Below the pieces are notes generated by a model. It saw only the letters and a list, made by a program, of their open reading frames with translations. It made no database searches and was not told the DNA's origin. From NCBI GenBank assembly GCA_964016885.1, contig OZ024742.1, positions 14,570,001-14,634,000 of the forward strand: a stretch of 64,000 nucleotides of DNA. The letters are read 5' to 3'. Position numbers and translations under genes: made by a program. The DNA comes from Eledone cirrhosa (taxonomy: Eukaryota). Within the stretch, counting starts at the first letter, position 1. Each line of letters starts with the position of its first letter. This document shows, piece after piece, positions 61,801 to 64,000 of the stretch.

Positions 61801-64000
61801 ACTTCGCTCAGCTGTTCGGGGGCAGTGGTGGGCCGGGTCGAGGGATGGACTTTAGTGTCTACCTCGACGGACTGCCGCGGCTCTCGGCCACTGAGGCGGA
61901 GTGTTGCGAAAAGCCGATAACAGCCGCTGAAGTACGGGAGGCAATGACTGGCTGCACAAGGGGTAAATCGCCTGGTTTGGATGGTCTGCCCTATGAACTT
62001 TACGTACATATGCCAGACTTGTTCGGATGCCTCTTGGCGGACGTCTACTGCAACTGGCAACAGAACGGGAGGAAAGTTCATAGGGCAGACCATCCAAACC
62101 AGGCGATTTACCCCTTGTGCAGCCAGTCATTGCCTCCCGTACTTCAGCTGCTGTTATCGGCTTTTTGCAACACTCCGCCTCAGTGGCCGAGAGCCGCGGC
62201 CGTCATGTCAAGGTAGACACTAAAGTCCATCCCTCTATCCGGCCCGCCGCTACCCCCGAACAGCTGAGCGAAGTGTCGCTGAAAAGCTTCACACATTTTC
62301 CCGGGTTTAATAATAATAATAATTGTTTCTACTTTAGGCGCAAGGCCAGCAATTATCCAGTGCATTACTGGTACTTTATTTTATCGACCCCGTAAGGATG
62401 AAAGGCAAAGTAAACCTCGGCGGGATTTGAACTCAGACGTAACTATGCTGGAAAGCATAGCGTCCGACTCTCTAACGATACTGCCAATCCACCACCGCGA
62501 TTAATAATAATAATGATTTCATTTATTAGCCAATAGGGCTGACATGTAGGGGACAATACAAAGACAGGGACAGTGGGGGTTTACAATAAGGTCGAGTAAA
62601 AGTGCACAATGGCAAGACTAATTTAACAATGAAGATATAAAAATATAAAATAAACTATGCATAAATATAACAAAATAAATTCCCCAATAAGTGGTGGACA
62701 CATCGTAGAGAGGGTAGTTAGGGAACCTGGCACGGGTGGGTCCTTGATCAATTTAGATCAGTCGAAAGTTTTCGATAGGGTCGACCATCGTTATCTGGCG
62801 GCAGTCCTGAGGGTGGCTGACTTTGGGCCCGTCTTCAGAGGCTGGATCGCTGCCATGCACAGCGACATCTGCTCTGTGGTGAGAGTGAACGGTCACCTTT
62901 CGGAACCGTTCAACATCATGCGCTCAGTCCGCCAAGGATGTCCCCTCTCGTCCCTCTTGTACGTATTGACTCTCGAGCCATTACTGCACAAACTGGAGAC
63001 GTTGACGGGGCCGCGCGAACTAGGATGTGGAAGATCCGTGTCAGCATATGCGGACGATGTCACCATAGTGGTGTCGAACGCCAAACACATCGAGGTGATC
63101 GGCACTACACTAAGAGAATATGAAGCGGTGACAGGAGCAATGATCAACCAGGAAAAGTCGGTGGGCCTGCAGCTCGGCACCTGGAGAGGCAGGTCTATGC
63201 TGTCCAACAACGTCGTCGGGCGCTGGACGGATGGACCGGTTAAATTGCTAGGGGCCTGGTTCGGTCCGGACCTGCAGACGGACAAAAACTGGGACGAGGT
63301 GACGAGCAGGGTGTCTTCTCTCACCCAGAAATGGGCAGAGAGGAAGCTATCCCTAAAAGTTCGAGCGGAGGTGGCGAATGCGTACATCGCGTCCGTCATC
63401 TACTACCGCCTGACCGTCGTACCTTGTCCTAAGCCTCGCCTGACTGTGCTGGAGCGTTTGCTCTTTCGTTTTTTGTGGAAGGGACGCGCTCCGATGGTCA
63501 GGCGGTCCATCTGCTGTCAACACCCGCTACGTGGAGGGCTGGGCATGCCGTGACTGATGATGTGCAGACACGCGCTCAGGCTACGACATCTCCACCTCTT
63601 CCTCGACGGTGATTAGGTGTGGTCGCCGTTTGCTAGACGCATCTTTCCCCAGCTCGTCTCCTTGGCGGAGCTGCAGTCCTGGGTCAAGCGAAGACCGAGA
63701 GGGAGTGCTTGGAGACTGGAATGTCTTCAGGCCCTCACAACCCTCAACCAGTCGGGCAATGTGATTGGTGGAAACACCACCTTGGCGTTCTATGGAGGAT
63801 TAGTGGAAGAGCGACGACGTACTTGGGGAAACTCTAGGCGTCGACGAAAATCAACTAGCCAATCTCTTCGGAAGAATTTCGGGCCGGGGCCTATGGACAA
63901 CTTCCAGAAATCCCTGGCCTGGCAGTGCTACCGCGGAGCTTTGCCAGTTCGGGATAAACTCTACAGGCATGGAAGTGCTGTCCGCCGGGCATATCCGAGA
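58234..64000 (+). mobile_element. Tx1/L1-clade LINE, near full-length and decayed; runs off the window
   Basis: ORF1 58451-60380 (frame break at a C run near 59373; CCHC CFRCGLKTHLRAFC). ORF2 from 60603: SINARGL, ISETR, GDWNG, YTDHK, YWKLN (APE); GKSPGLDGLP, LDQSKVFDRVDH, SVRQGCPLS, YADD (RT). Several stops and frameshifts. Confidence 0.88.
62310..62500 (-). mobile_element. Family-B SINE inserted in the Tx1 ORF2, flanked by (TAA)n
   Basis: Matches 44305-44495. Confidence 0.75.

Overview
AT-rich, microsatellite-dense eukaryotic genomic DNA, not prokaryotic. The SINE/LINE spectrum suggests an invertebrate, probably a cephalopod mollusc (inference). The + strand carries the 3' 15 coding exons of a sorting nexin-25 (SNX25) gene (RGS, PX and Nexin_C domains; 83-34099; 1800 nt spliced, in frame). 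Its introns hold two near-identical full-length RTE LINEs with intact 1039-aa ORFs containing a PHD finger, a third decayed antisense copy, a Penelope-like element split by a solo LTR, a non-autonomous Helitron, SINEs and foldback elements. Downstream lie a 36-bp and a 34-bp minisatellite, a 94-bp tandem array made of a tRNA-SINE head (A and B boxes), a signal-peptide/EGF-like exon of a second gene, R4/Dong fragments in (TAA)n tracts and a decayed Tx1/L1 element. The most notable find from reading the sequence is a set of type-I hammerhead ribozyme motifs from four unrelated Penelope/retrozyme-like short repeat families, with canonical, U3-A8 and U4C cores. One lies on the sense strand of the SNX25 intron between the two intact RTEs. 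All calls were made by eye, with no database searches or folding software.
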